A stretch of 64,000 nucleotides of DNA from Deltaproteobacteria bacterium (lineage in GTDB: Bacteria; Myxococcota_A; Polyangia; Fen-1088), in assembly GCA_033763315.1 (NCBI GenBank), contig JANRKS010000002.1, positions 352,001 through 416,000 on the forward strand, read 5' to 3'. Position 1 is the stretch's first letter; every line of letters begins with the position of its first letter. Shown piece after piece: positions 1 through 9,936 of the stretch. Both the position numbers and the translations under genes were made by a program. A model generated the notes under the pieces. It did no database searches and had not been told where the DNA came from. It saw only the letters and a list, made by a program, of their open reading frames with translations.

Positions 1-5
1 GGCTT

Positions 6-2357
6 TCATGACTTTGAACCTCGGTTCAACAGATTTTGCATCTCATGAAGCAAGCTGTTGGGGGCGAATGGTTTTTGTATAAATGTGCAATGTTCGTCAC
101 GGGCCGGCATGGCCGCGTCATCTTCGTAGTATCCACTCATGAGTAGGACTGGCATCTGCGGCGCCGCTTTGCGAATCTGCTCCAGAACCGCGGTGCCATT
201 CATGCCTGGCATCGACAGATCCAGCAACACGGCCGCGATGGTGTCCTTATGGGCAAAAAACAGCTCGAGGCCGTGGGCGCCATCGGCAGCGGCGATGGTT
301 TCGCAGCCTTTGCGTTGCAGGATTCGTTCGATCAGCGTGCGTACGAAAGGCTCGTCGTCGATGATCAACACCTTGCCTGGGGCCGAAAACGCGGGTGTGC
401 CTTGCGTGGTGTGCACAGTTTCGTCGCGTTTGCCCCGATCTGGGAAAGCCAGCTTGAACGTGGTGCCCACGCCCACCTCACTTTGCACGGTGATGCGTCC
501 CTGATGACCCTTCATGATGCCCAACACGGCAGCCAAGCCAAGCCCATGACCCTTTTCCTTCGTGGTGAAGAAGGGGTCGAAGATGTGTGAGAGGACCTCG
601 GCCGGCATGCCTGGTCCCGTGTCCGCGACTTCGATGAAAACATAGGGACCCGGATGCAACGTATCGTGCGTGAGTTGACTCGCCAAAAGCGCGGCCTCAT
701 CGAGATACACGCGGCCGGTGCGGATCACGATGGCGCCACGGCCGCCCATCGCTTCGGCGGCGTTGATGACCAGATTCATGACGATCTGTTGAATTTGGGT
801 TTGGTCGCCCTCCACTGAAGGCAGATCTGGCGTCAGCTCCAAACGTAGATCGATGCTTTTACCCACCAAAGCGCGCAGCAGCTGGTCCATCTGCCGCAAC
901 ACGCTTTCGATGTCGAGCTTGCGCACCACAAAGCGGCCACGGCCCGAGTACGCCAGCAGCTGTCGGGTGAGCTGTGCCGCGCTTTGTGCCGCGAGTTCAA
1001 CCAGCCTCACGTGTTGGGTGGCGGGGTGCTGATCGTCCAACACTTCCAAGGCCAAACTGGCTGAACCCAACACGCCCGCAAGCAAGTTGTTAAAGTCGTG
1101 AGCCACGCCGCCCGCAAGCACAGAGAGACTTTCGATGCGTGCGATTTGTTGCATCTGAGCCTCCATGCGGCGCCGCTCCGACTCCGTGCGGTGCTGCTCG
1201 GTGATGTCGATGACCGCGAACACCAAGCGCTCGATTTCGCCTTGCGCATTGAGGACGGGAGCACCATTGATCGAAAGGGCGCGCCGTCGACCATCGGGCC
1301 ACAAGATCGCGTGCTCTACGCCCATCACGGGCGCCTTGGTTTTCATCACACGCACGAACGGTTGCCGATCGTCGGGCCAGGGGTTGCCCTCCAGATCCGT
1401 GGCGCGCCATTCAGGCGCATCGTAGGAACGACCAACAATCTGCGTTTTGTTGAGGCCCAGGATCTCCTCTGCCGCCCGGTTTGCGTAAGTGATGTTGCCC
1501 GTGGGATCCAAGACGCAAATGCCGGCCACGCTGGCATTCATAACTTCGGACAGCAGATCCGTCTCGCGGCGCAGGCGCAACAAAGCATCGCGGCGGGTCG
1601 TGATGTCATTGAAGCTGCACACCACGTGTGTGACACGCCCTTGCCCATCCAACTCCGGGACCGCGCTGACCGACAGCCATACGTGGTCGTCGCGCCCGGG
1701 TGTTCGAACACCCATGGTGACATTGCGAATCGCGGTGCGCGTGCGAATCGCTGTGGGCACGGGGTGCTTTTCACCCGGAAGCGGTTCGCCGTTGTCAGCA
1801 ACGGCGGCCCACTGCGGATCGTACGAGCTGCTCGCCAAGGCGTGGGCCTGGCTGATGCCCAAAATATCGAGCGCCGCTGCGTTGGCGTGAAGAATTTCGG
1901 CGTTCGGGCCGAACAGCATGATGCCGATGTCTACGTCCCGTAGAAGGCTCGCCAACATCTGTTCCGGGTGTGGCGCCGCGGGGGCTGCAGCGGCCTCCTC
2001 TTCAATGCATTGCCCAAGAAACGTCACGCCTAGGACGTGGTTCGCCTGCAAACGTGCCACGGCCTTGATGGTGATGAGACGAGCAGGTTGCTTCAGCTGA
2101 ACCTGGAAGCTTTGGGGCGCGTGGTGGAGCAACACCGCCTGCAAAGCTTCGTTGAACGCGTCACGGGCGTGTGGCTGCAGATCATCCAAAGTCCGGGGGC
2201 CGACCGCGTGGGGCTCAAACAGGCTGGGAACGAGAGGTAACGGATGAAGGAATTCGATCTGCCCTCCCCGCGAGACGCCAATCACCAAATCGCAGTCCAG
2301 CCCCATGTGCATGACGTGGCGATTGTACATTGACAACGTTGCGGCAGGCGAATTCAT
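6..2357 (-). CDS. Hybrid PAS-domain sensor histidine kinase / response regulator
   Basis: Two PAS/PAC repeats (ILHANAAA..., ITYANRAA...), H-box LAGGVAHDFNNLL, HATPase boxes (NLVINAAEAM, DTGPGM, FDPFFTTK, GHGLGL) and C-terminal receiver (LIIDDE...LLDLSMPGMNG...KPF). Start codon uncertain. Confidence 0.93.
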   Translation of the reverse strand: MNSPAATLSMYNRHVMHMGLDCDLVIGVSRGGQIEFLHPLPLVPSLFEPHAVGPRTLDDLQPHARDAFNEALQAVLLHHAPQSFQVQLKQPARLITIKAVARLQANHVLGVTFLGQCIEEEAAAAPAAPHPEQMLASLLRDVDIGIMLFGPNAEILHANAAALDILGISQAHALASSSYDPQWAAVADNGEPLPGEKHPVPTAIRTRTAIRNVTMGVRTPGRDDHVWLSVSAVPELDGQGRVTHVVCSFNDITTRRDALLRLRRETDLLSEVMNASVAGICVLDPTGNITYANRAAEEILGLNKTQIVGRSYDAPEWRATDLEGNPWPDDRQPFVRVMKTKAPVMGVEHAILWPDGRRRALSINGAPVLNAQGEIERLVFAVIDITEQHRTESERRRMEAQMQQIARIESLSVLAGGVAHDFNNLLAGVLGSASLALEVLDDQHPATQHVRLVELAAQSAAQLTRQLLAYSGRGRFVVRKLDIESVLRQMDQLLRALVGKSIDLRLELTPDLPSVEGDQTQIQQIVMNLVINAAEAMGGRGAIVIRTGRVYLDEAALLASQLTHDTLHPGPYVFIEVADTGPGMPAEVLSHIFDPFFTTKEKGHGLGLAAVLGIMKGHQGRITVQSEVGVGTTFKLAFPDRGKRDETVHTTQGTPAFSAPGKVLIIDDEPFVRTLIERILQRKGCETIAAADGAHGLELFFAHKDTIAAVLLDLSMPGMNGTAVLEQIRKAAPQMPVLLMSGYYEDDAAMPARDEHCTFIQKPFAPNSLLHEMQNLLNRGSKS

Positions 2358-2481
2358 GACGCGCCAGGACCGGGATGGCGGCCGCTGCCCAGGCTGGCAG
2401 CCGCAGGTGGGAGCAAGTTCACTTTTCTGCGAGCCGAACGTCCGGACCTGGGCGTCTCCTTAATTGAAAGGGGGCGGAAGT

Positions 2482-4215
2482 ATGCAAAGCCTCGTCCGCG
2501 CAACGATTTTCAACGCGGCCTTGTTGTTCGCTGGTAGTTCGCTGTTTGCTTGTTCTGGCGCTGTATCCAACGGGGGTGCAGACGACTCGGACAACGGAGG
2601 CTCTGGCGGCGGTGCGGGTGGCGACACAATTCCCCCGCTTGACCCCAACTTCAAACCCAACGGCGACCCCGACGTCAACCGGTTGGTGTGTGACAAGCAA
2701 GGTGTGGCGGCCACAGCGGCCCCTTTACGTCGGCTGACGCGAAAGCAATACATCAACACCCTAAACGATCTTCTTGGAGGAATAACGCAGGTGCCCGCCG
2801 ACCTGCAGTTGCCCGGCGAGACGCTGATTGACGGGTTCGATAACAACGCCGCGGCTCAAACGTCCACGTTGTCCTTGTTGCAGGGTTACAAGTCGGCAGC
2901 CACGGTGATGGCCAAAGACGCCACGAGCAATGCGACCAAACTGCAGAAATTGGCGCCCTGTGCTGGCGGTCAGTCGGAAGACGCGTGCGGCGACAAATTC
3001 ATTTCTGACTTTGGCAAGCGCGCCTTCCGTCGGCCCTTGACGTCGGACGAGGTCACCCGCCTCGGCACCGTGTTCAAAGCGGTCAAGCCCGGGTTCGGAT
3101 ACGCGCAAGGCATCGAAGCCACGTTGACCGCCATGCTGATGGCGCCACAGTTTACGTTCCGCCCTGAGTACGGTGCGGGTGCCGCCGATGGCGCCGTAAA
3201 GCTTTCCTCCTATGAGGTGGCCTCTCGCCTTTCGTATCTGCTGTGGGACACGATGCCGGATGCGACTTTGATGGCGGCCGCCGATGCCAAGAAGTTGGAT
3301 ACGCCCGAGGGCATCGAAACCGAGTTTAAACGCATGTTGGACGATCCGCGCGCTCGTGCGGCCGTGGCCCGTTTCCAATCGCAGTGGCTTGGCTTTGCGA
3401 AGTTGGACAAGCTTGAAAAAGACGCCAAGGCGTTTCCGAAATTTGACGCCGCCACGAAGGAGTCAATGACCGCCTCAGTGGAAAAGTTCGTTGACTATGC
3501 GTTCTGGGACAAAGGCAGTTTGGCCGCCTTATTGACCGACACGAACGCGTTTGTGGACGACAAGCTCAGCCCCATCTATGAGGTCGGTGGCTCGTCAAGT
3601 ATGGCGATGGTTTCATTGGATGGCTCAAAACGATCTGGCCTTCTCACGCAGGCAGGGTTGATGGCCGCTTTGGCCAAGGCCTCCTACGATTCGCCCGTTC
3701 ACCGCGGGTTGTTCGTTATTCATAACTTGCTTTGCGGTGCGATGGCGCCGGCGCCCAATGGGGTGCCTCCGTTGGCCGAGCCGAAGGTGGGCGAAGCGCG
3801 AACGACACGCGAGCGCGTTGAACAAACGCACAGCAACTCGCAATGTGCAGCTTGCCACAAGAGCATCGATGGCATCGGCTTCGGCTTTGGTCACTACGAC
3901 GCGATTGGGGCCTACCGCGACCAGGAAAACGGCGTCGACGTCAACGTTGAAGGCGAATTGGTGGGCACACGCGACATCGATGGCAAATTCAGCGGTGCCA
4001 TTGAGCTGTCGAAGAAGTTGGCGCAGAGCTCACAGGTGCAGCAATGCGTGGCCACCCAGTGGTTCCGCTATGGCTTTGGTCGAACAGAGACCGACGAGGA
4101 CGCCTGCGCCCTTAAGCCTGTGGTCGACGCCTTCGTGTCAAGCAACGGCAACATGAAGAAGCTGTTAACCGTTCTGGTCAAAAGCGACGCCTTCCGTTAC
4201 CGGAACGCTCTTTAA
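2482..4215 (+). CDS. DUF1592/DUF1588/DUF1595-family lipoprotein with CxxCH motif
   Basis: Lipobox LFAC, Gly-rich linker, LRRLTRKQYINT, RAFRRP, YEVASRLSYLLWDTMPD, SPVHRG and QCAACH; lies directly upstream of a DUF1552 gene, the usual pairing. Confidence 0.88.
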   Translation: MQSLVRATIFNAALLFAGSSLFACSGAVSNGGADDSDNGGSGGGAGGDTIPPLDPNFKPNGDPDVNRLVCDKQGVAATAAPLRRLTRKQYINTLNDLLGGITQVPADLQLPGETLIDGFDNNAAAQTSTLSLLQGYKSAATVMAKDATSNATKLQKLAPCAGGQSEDACGDKFISDFGKRAFRRPLTSDEVTRLGTVFKAVKPGFGYAQGIEATLTAMLMAPQFTFRPEYGAGAADGAVKLSSYEVASRLSYLLWDTMPDATLMAAADAKKLDTPEGIETEFKRMLDDPRARAAVARFQSQWLGFAKLDKLEKDAKAFPKFDAATKESMTASVEKFVDYAFWDKGSLAALLTDTNAFVDDKLSPIYEVGGSSSMAMVSLDGSKRSGLLTQAGLMAALAKASYDSPVHRGLFVIHNLLCGAMAPAPNGVPPLAEPKVGEARTTRERVEQTHSNSQCAACHKSIDGIGFGFGHYDAIGAYRDQENGVDVNVEGELVGTRDIDGKFSGAIELSKKLAQSSQVQQCVATQWFRYGFGRTETDEDACALKPVVDAFVSSNGNMKKLLTVLVKSDAFRYRNAL

Positions 4216-4233
4216 CATCCGTAGGAGCTCACC

Positions 4234-5580
4234 ATGATGAAAGTTGATCGTCGCACAATTCTTTGCACGTTGGGACTCACAGCAGGTTCAACGTTGTTCC
4301 CGTCCTTGAACCGCCGCGCCCAAGCCGCCACGGCGCCGAAGCGCTTCTTGGTTTTCTATACCTACCACGGCACGTTGCCGCAGTTCTTGGTGCCCACCGC
4401 TGGCACGGAAACCGACTTCACGGTGAACAGCTTGATGAAGCCTTACGAGGCTTTCAAGAAAGACATCGTGTTGCTCGACAATCTGGATTTCAAGAGTTGG
4501 GGCGCCACCAACCCGAACCCAGGCAACGCGCATCAACAGGGCCAGAACCACGCCATGTGCGCGATTCGCCCGGTCAATGCGGGGCTCGCTGGCGGGCCAA
4601 GCATCGACCAAGTGATCGCCCGCGGCATGAACGCCAAGACCAAGTTTCCTTCGCTCGAACTCGGTGTCACAGACAACGGAAGCTTTCCTTCGTACCACAA
4701 CATTGCCTACAGCGGTTCAGGCCAGCAAATGCCGAGCGAGGGCAGCCCGACGAAGGTGTGGAACAGCGTGTTTAAGGGCTTTATGCCAGCAGGCGGTGGC
4801 TCTGTGCCCGTGCCCGCGGTGCCGGACGCGGAAGCGGTGAAGCAAAAGAGCATCATCGATTACGTCAAAGGCGAAGTGGACGCCGTCTCGAAGAAGTTGG
4901 GCTCAGGCGACAAGGCGCGCCTCGACAACCACTTGTCCGCGGTTCGCGACCTTGAGAACAGCTTGTCTTTGAGTGGTGGTGGCACGGGCATTGTGGGTGC
5001 TCAAGGGGCTGGCTGTGCAGCCCTGCCGCTGCCGGCTGGGTCAGGCTTTAACAACTACGTCGACGCGCAGATCAAGATGATTCAGATGGCGTTCGCATGT
5101 GATCTCACACGCGTCGCTAGCTTGAACGTGGATGAACTTTCGCACGGCACAAGTGGCTACCAAAGCGTGGGTGGCAGCAGCGACGTTCATGACCTGATTC
5201 ACCGCACGTCGCCCGACAATGGCGATTTGAAGGGCAACGCCGATGCCGTTGAGGTGATTCGGAAATATCACTTGGTTTATGCCAACGTCTTTCAGAAGCT
5301 TTTGACAGCGCTCACCATGACGGACGTGGACGGCAAGCGGTTGCTCGATAACACGATCGTGCTGTGGGCAGGCGAGATCGCCAAGGGAAGCCACGCTTAC
5401 AACGACTTCAAGTGGATGTTGGCGGGCAGTGGAGGCGGGGCCATTCGCACGGGGCGGTGGTTGAAGTGCAACGGCGCGCCTCACCAGAACCTATTCGTAA
5501 CATTGGCACGCGCCATGGGCGTTCAGATCGACAAGTTTGGCGAACCCAGCACGTCGACCGGGGCGCTCGGGCTCTCGTAA
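4234..5580 (+). CDS. DUF1552 family protein (Tat-like N-terminus)
   Basis: RBS AGGAG; DRRTIL...LFPSL, GPSIDQVIA, DKARLDNHL, AFACDLTRVASL, LLDNT, AGSGGG motifs. Confidence 0.88.
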   Translation: MMKVDRRTILCTLGLTAGSTLFPSLNRRAQAATAPKRFLVFYTYHGTLPQFLVPTAGTETDFTVNSLMKPYEAFKKDIVLLDNLDFKSWGATNPNPGNAHQQGQNHAMCAIRPVNAGLAGGPSIDQVIARGMNAKTKFPSLELGVTDNGSFPSYHNIAYSGSGQQMPSEGSPTKVWNSVFKGFMPAGGGSVPVPAVPDAEAVKQKSIIDYVKGEVDAVSKKLGSGDKARLDNHLSAVRDLENSLSLSGGGTGIVGAQGAGCAALPLPAGSGFNNYVDAQIKMIQMAFACDLTRVASLNVDELSHGTSGYQSVGGSSDVHDLIHRTSPDNGDLKGNADAVEVIRKYHLVYANVFQKLLTALTMTDVDGKRLLDNTIVLWAGEIAKGSHAYNDFKWMLAGSGGGAIRTGRWLKCNGAPHQNLFVTLARAMGVQIDKFGEPSTSTGALGLS

Positions 5581-5618
5581 GCCTGGCTGTTTCATGGGCG
5601 CGCGCTACGCTGCCGCCC

Positions 5619-6401
5619 ATGAAGGATCGTTCGCGTGGCCCAGTGGCCTTTGCTCTGGTTGTACTTGTTTCAGGCGCCTTCGCTGCTTGTGCGTCGTCGG
5701 CTTCAAAAAAGCCCGTGGCAACGCCAGACGCGCCGAAGCCTGATTATGCCGCCGTGGTGGCTTCGCCTGATCGGTCCGACGACGATAGGGCGTTAGATGA
5801 GGGACGTAAGCCGGCCGCCTTGCTGGGGTTCATGGATGTGCGGCCCGGGTGGTCCGTGGCAGAACTGGGGGCGGGCGGGGGATACACAACCGAGCTGCTG
5901 GCACGCGTGGTGGGGCCTGCGGGCAAGGTTTTCGCGCAGAACCCCGCCATGGTGGTGGAAAAGTTTGTCAAAGACGCGTGGCCGGCCCGCTTGGCAAGGC
6001 CCATCAACAAGAACGTCATTCGCGTGGATCGCGAGTTCGATTCACCACTGCCCCCCGAAGCCAAGGATCTGAACCTGGTGGTGATGAATCTTTTTTACCA
6101 CGACACCTATTGGTTCGGCACCGACCGCAAGGCGATGAACGATGCCGTGTGGAAGGCGCTTAGGCGCGGGGGGGCGTACGTGATCATCGATCACAGCGGT
6201 CGCAAGGGCACGGGCGCCAAAGAGGTGAAAAGCCTTCACCGGATCGAAGAGTCAGTGGTGGTGGACGACGTGGAGGCCTCGGGGTTTGCGCTGGCAAGCA
6301 CAGGTGACTTCCTTCGCAATCCGCAGGACACGCGCGATTGGATGGTCTTCAAAGAGCGGGGCACCACAGATCGCTTCGTGCTTAAGTTCGTTAAGCCCTA
6401 A
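5619..6401 (+). CDS. Exported/lipoprotein class I SAM-dependent methyltransferase (COG4798-like)
   Basis: Hydrophobic N-terminus ending FAAC; DRALDEGRKP, VAELGAGGGYTTELLA, YHD, IIDH, LRNPQD, TDRFVLKF. Confidence 0.82.
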   Translation: MKDRSRGPVAFALVVLVSGAFAACASSASKKPVATPDAPKPDYAAVVASPDRSDDDRALDEGRKPAALLGFMDVRPGWSVAELGAGGGYTTELLARVVGPAGKVFAQNPAMVVEKFVKDAWPARLARPINKNVIRVDREFDSPLPPEAKDLNLVVMNLFYHDTYWFGTDRKAMNDAVWKALRRGGAYVIIDHSGRKGTGAKEVKSLHRIEESVVVDDVEASGFALASTGDFLRNPQDTRDWMVFKERGTTDRFVLKFVKP

Positions 6402-6414
6402 CGCCCGCTTGCAG

Positions 6415-6429
6415 TGGCACGCTTGCCGC
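6415..6429 (+). promoter_or_regulatory. Possible sigma-54 -24/-12 element (weak)
   Basis: TGGCACG-CTTG-CCGC has the correct GG-N10-GC spacing, but the -12 box is CCGC rather than TTGC. Confidence 0.25.
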
Positions 6430-6451
6430 GAAAAGTTTTTTCACCCGCTCG

Positions 6452-6479
6452 GGAACTTCCTGGTTCCGGCGGGTGTCTT
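6452..6479 (+). promoter_or_regulatory. Putative ECF (RpoE-type) sigma promoter
   Basis: GGAACTT-N16-GTCTT, preceded by the A/T tract AAAAGTTTTTT, about 90 nt upstream of the ATG at 6569. Confidence 0.55.
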
Positions 6480-6568
6480 CGTTTGTGAACCCGTCGGAGC
6501 GCGCCCGGCGGCGCCGTCCAGCGCTTTGGCTGTGCGGCCGCTGCAACACATTTTGGAAGGGGCACGTT

Positions 6569-7930
6569 ATGCAACTGGAGCACAAGGGGTTCGTGCGTTC
6601 GCAACACGCCGAGGCGCTGACGCACGTGGTGGTGCAAGCCTCGCTGCACGGACAGCCATGGGGCCAATGGCTGTTTTGCACCTCATCGAAGTCGCCACCC
6701 AAAGCTTTCTGTATTGGCTGGAGCGGGAGAACCCACGCCCCGGTGGGGCCGCAGGTGGTGACAAACGCAACGCATAGGCTGATCGAGATCGGACAAGGCG
6801 CTTGTGCGCTTCATTTGACGGACGCGATGGCGTGTGTGGTGACAAGCGAAGGGGCGCAGCAGCCTTGCACCGAACGTGAGGTGGCCTTACGTCGCGACCA
6901 AGCCGCCCTGATTCGTTGTGGCGCGTTTACGTTTACGGCGACCTGGCAGGCACCGCCCGCGGTGGTGGCGCCCCCGGCCAAACGCGCCTTGCGTTCGCTA
7001 TGGCCTGAAGCTTTGTCGCTGGCTGTGGTGCTGTTTGCTTTGCTCATATTGTGGCTGGTGCCGCCCGACAGGATGGCGCTTTCGGTTTGGAACCCTCAGC
7101 GCACCATTTTCATGCCAGACACCACGCGAATCCCTCCCGTGCCACCAGCTGAGAAGCCCATCGTTACGGAAGCGGGCGCCACTTCAGGTAAGACCGCTGC
7201 CGCCGCGCACGTGAAGTCTCCAACGACCACCGCTTCGAAGCCGCCTGGAAGCCGCGGGCCGCAGCCGGATGGCAAGGCGCCGCGGGAAACCGGGATGCTG
7301 GAGGTGCTTTCGGTCCTCGGCCGTTCGAGCGGCGTGGTGCGGACGTTGTTTGCACCAGGTGATGGCATGGGCGAAGTGCTGCAGGGTTTGTCGACGGCGG
7401 ATGTTTCACTGGGTGACAACACGGGCGGTTTGCACGTTTCACTTGATGAGGGACCTGCCGGCCAAACGATCGGCGATGGCCGTTTGCATACGGTGGGTGA
7501 CTGCCCCCCCGGCACGGTGTGTGGGGGACGGCGCAACTTTCGGCAGGCGGGCACGCTGAAACAACACATCGCCCGGGTGCCCGTTGTGGCGATGCCGTGT
7601 GAAGCGGGCAGCCCGCTTTGTGGGGCACGCGGGGCGCTGGACAAAGAGCTTGTGCGCCGCGAGATCCGCAAACACATCAGTGAGATCAAATACTGCTACG
7701 AGCAGCAGCTTGTGCGCGCGCCGTCGCTGTCTGGCCGCGTGGCTGTGCGGTTCGTGATTGTGGCGACGGGTGCGGTGGCCGCGTCATCGATTGCCGAGTC
7801 ATCGTTGGGAGACGCTTCGGTTGAGGCCTGTGTGGCCAATGCGGTTAAACGCTGGCAGTTTCCCGTGGCGCAGCAAGCGGGGGCCACCATCGTGACTTAC
7901 CCGTTTTCGTTTTCTCCGGCGGGCGGCTAG
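6569..7930 (+). CDS. AgmX/PglI (GltG-like) TonB-C-terminal-domain membrane protein, stand-alone copy
   Basis: Single TM, Pro/Gly-rich periplasmic linker, C-terminal GALDKELVRREIR...IKYCYE...LSGRVAVRFVI...CVANAVKRWQFP...VTYPFSF. ATG at 6569 follows GGAAGGGG. Confidence 0.85.
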   Translation: MQLEHKGFVRSQHAEALTHVVVQASLHGQPWGQWLFCTSSKSPPKAFCIGWSGRTHAPVGPQVVTNATHRLIEIGQGACALHLTDAMACVVTSEGAQQPCTEREVALRRDQAALIRCGAFTFTATWQAPPAVVAPPAKRALRSLWPEALSLAVVLFALLILWLVPPDRMALSVWNPQRTIFMPDTTRIPPVPPAEKPIVTEAGATSGKTAAAAHVKSPTTTASKPPGSRGPQPDGKAPRETGMLEVLSVLGRSSGVVRTLFAPGDGMGEVLQGLSTADVSLGDNTGGLHVSLDEGPAGQTIGDGRLHTVGDCPPGTVCGGRRNFRQAGTLKQHIARVPVVAMPCEAGSPLCGARGALDKELVRREIRKHISEIKYCYEQQLVRAPSLSGRVAVRFVIVATGAVAASSIAESSLGDASVEACVANAVKRWQFPVAQQAGATIVTYPFSFSPAGG

Positions 7931-7936
7931 CGCTCG

Positions 7937-9868
7937 CTACATCACAAGCTGCGTGCCCACTTCGATCACGCGGTTGGGTGGCAGACCGAAGAAATCGGTG
8001 GGCGTGCTGGAGTTGCGCGATAAGAAGCGGAACAGCTTAAACCGCCACGCCGGCATGCTGCTTTTCTCCTTGGCGCGCACCAGGGTCTCGCGGCCCAAGA
8101 AGAAGCTTGTGGTTTCGATGTTGACCACCAAACCTTGATCGCGCAGCCGTGCCAAGATCTCAGAGACGTCGGGGCTTTCCATGAAACCGAAGTGCGCCAC
8201 CACGCCAATGAAGCCCTGGCCGAAGTCTTTGGAGCGAACGCGATCGGCGTGTGCCACGCGTGGTACATCGTCGCTGGCGATCGACAAAATAATCACGCGC
8301 CGGTGAAGAACTTTGTTGTGCTTGAAATGATGCAAAAGCGCATTCGGCGTGCCGCGCCGAACGGGCGAAAGGAAGATGGCGGTGCCTGCCACCCGGTGAG
8401 GGTTCGACAACTTCACGTCTTCGATGAACAACGGCAAGGGTAAGGTGGAGGACTCAACGTATTTTTCAAGCAGGCCGCGTCCGTTGCGCCACGTGGTCAT
8501 CACTGCCACGGCCAACGCGGCAATCAAGATGGGGACCCATCCCCCTTCACCGATCTTGCGGACGTTCGCCAACAAGAAGGCCATATCGACGACGCCAAAC
8601 AAACAACACAACGCCAAAGATGGCAGCAACGGCCAATGCCACACGCGTCGACAAGCCAAGAAGAACAGCATCGTTGTGATGACCATCGTGCCCGTCACAG
8701 CGATGCCGTAAGCGGCGGCCAGGCCGGCCGAAGTTCTGAACTGCAACACGAGAGCTAAGCAAGCCACCATCAAGATGGCGTTCATCTCGGGCACGTAGAT
8801 CTGCCCCTCCACGGTGGCCGACGTGTGTTGCACAGTGAGGCGGGGGGCCCATCCCATGTGGATGGCTTGCCTCGCCAAAGAGAAGACCCCGGAAATGAGC
8901 GCTTGCGACGCCACCACGGTGGCCACTGTGGCCACGCCGATGAGGGGATAGATGGCCCACCCGTCAACGAGCGCATAAAACGGCTGCGTCGCCTGCTCAG
9001 GGTGCTGCAAAAGCAGGGCACCTTGACCGAAATAATTGATGAGCAGGGCGGGCCACACGAAGAAGAACCAGGTCCTGCGAATGGCGCTGGCTCCAAAGTG
9101 ACCAAGGTCGGCGTACAGAGCCTCGCCACCCGTAACGCACAACACGACGGCGCCCAACAGCAAGAAGGCGTGCATGCCCCCATGCATCATGAAAGTGAAG
9201 GCGTAATAAGGATTAAGCGCCTTCAAGATTTGTGGCTGGCGAAAGATCCAAGGCAGGCCGGTGATGGTCAGGGTGCCGAACCATATGAGCATGGCGGGGC
9301 CGAAGAAGGCCCCAACCAGCGCCGTGCCCCGCCTTTGCACCAGGAACAGCAACACCAAAATGGCGCAGGTGATGGGCAACACCAGCGCGCCCAGATGGCC
9401 GCCTGTGACTTCGAGGCCCTCGACCGCCGACAACACCGAGATGGCCGGTGTGATCATGCCATCGCCCAGCAGCAGGGCGGCCCCGGCCAGACCCAGAAAC
9501 GTCGCCACGAGATCGCGACGACGGCGGTGGCCTTCGTCTTTGGGAAGCACCAGGGCCAAAAGAGCCAACACGCCCCCCTCACCCCGGTTGTCTGCGCGCA
9601 CCACGAAGACCAAGTACTTGAGGGCCACCACGAACGCCAACGCCCAGAACACGAGCGACAGCACGCCCATGATGTTGGCTGGCGCCGCGCCCATGCCTTC
9701 AGGCCCACTGACGCACTCCCGAATGGCGTAAAGGGGAGAGGTTCCGATGTCGCCGAAAACAACGCCCAGCGCTCCAAGCAGGAGTTTGAGGTTGGGCTTT
9801 TGGTCGGAGTGTGGCGTGTGGCCAGCTCCCTCTGTCGGGTCGGGGCGCGTTGCGCCATCCGAAGTCAT
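7937..9868 (-). CDS. kup: KUP/HAK/KT potassium transporter
   Basis: LGALGVVFGDIGTSPLY, ADNRGEGG, DGMITPAISVLSAVEG, GQIYVP, AAAYGIAVTGTM. Confidence 0.97.
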   Translation of the reverse strand: MTSDGATRPDPTEGAGHTPHSDQKPNLKLLLGALGVVFGDIGTSPLYAIRECVSGPEGMGAAPANIMGVLSLVFWALAFVVALKYLVFVVRADNRGEGGVLALLALVLPKDEGHRRRRDLVATFLGLAGAALLLGDGMITPAISVLSAVEGLEVTGGHLGALVLPITCAILVLLFLVQRRGTALVGAFFGPAMLIWFGTLTITGLPWIFRQPQILKALNPYYAFTFMMHGGMHAFLLLGAVVLCVTGGEALYADLGHFGASAIRRTWFFFVWPALLINYFGQGALLLQHPEQATQPFYALVDGWAIYPLIGVATVATVVASQALISGVFSLARQAIHMGWAPRLTVQHTSATVEGQIYVPEMNAILMVACLALVLQFRTSAGLAAAYGIAVTGTMVITTMLFFLACRRVWHWPLLPSLALCCLFGVVDMAFLLANVRKIGEGGWVPILIAALAVAVMTTWRNGRGLLEKYVESSTLPLPLFIEDVKLSNPHRVAGTAIFLSPVRRGTPNALLHHFKHNKVLHRRVIILSIASDDVPRVAHADRVRSKDFGQGFIGVVAHFGFMESPDVSEILARLRDQGLVVNIETTSFFLGRETLVRAKEKSSMPAWRFKLFRFLSRNSSTPTDFFGLPPNRVIEVGTQLVM

Positions 9869-9936
9869 GCGGCCCTTACTACCAGAGGCGGCGGCAGTGT
9901 CTAGTGATTTTGGGAACTGCTACCCTGCCGTCACAC

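Noticed and set aside
8825-9904. 359-aa + strand ORF, and similar long antisense ORFs (18528-19619, 21421-22491, 24183-25220, 59420-60505)
   Set aside because: Shadow ORFs opposite well-supported genes in GC-rich DNA; no recognisable motifs.
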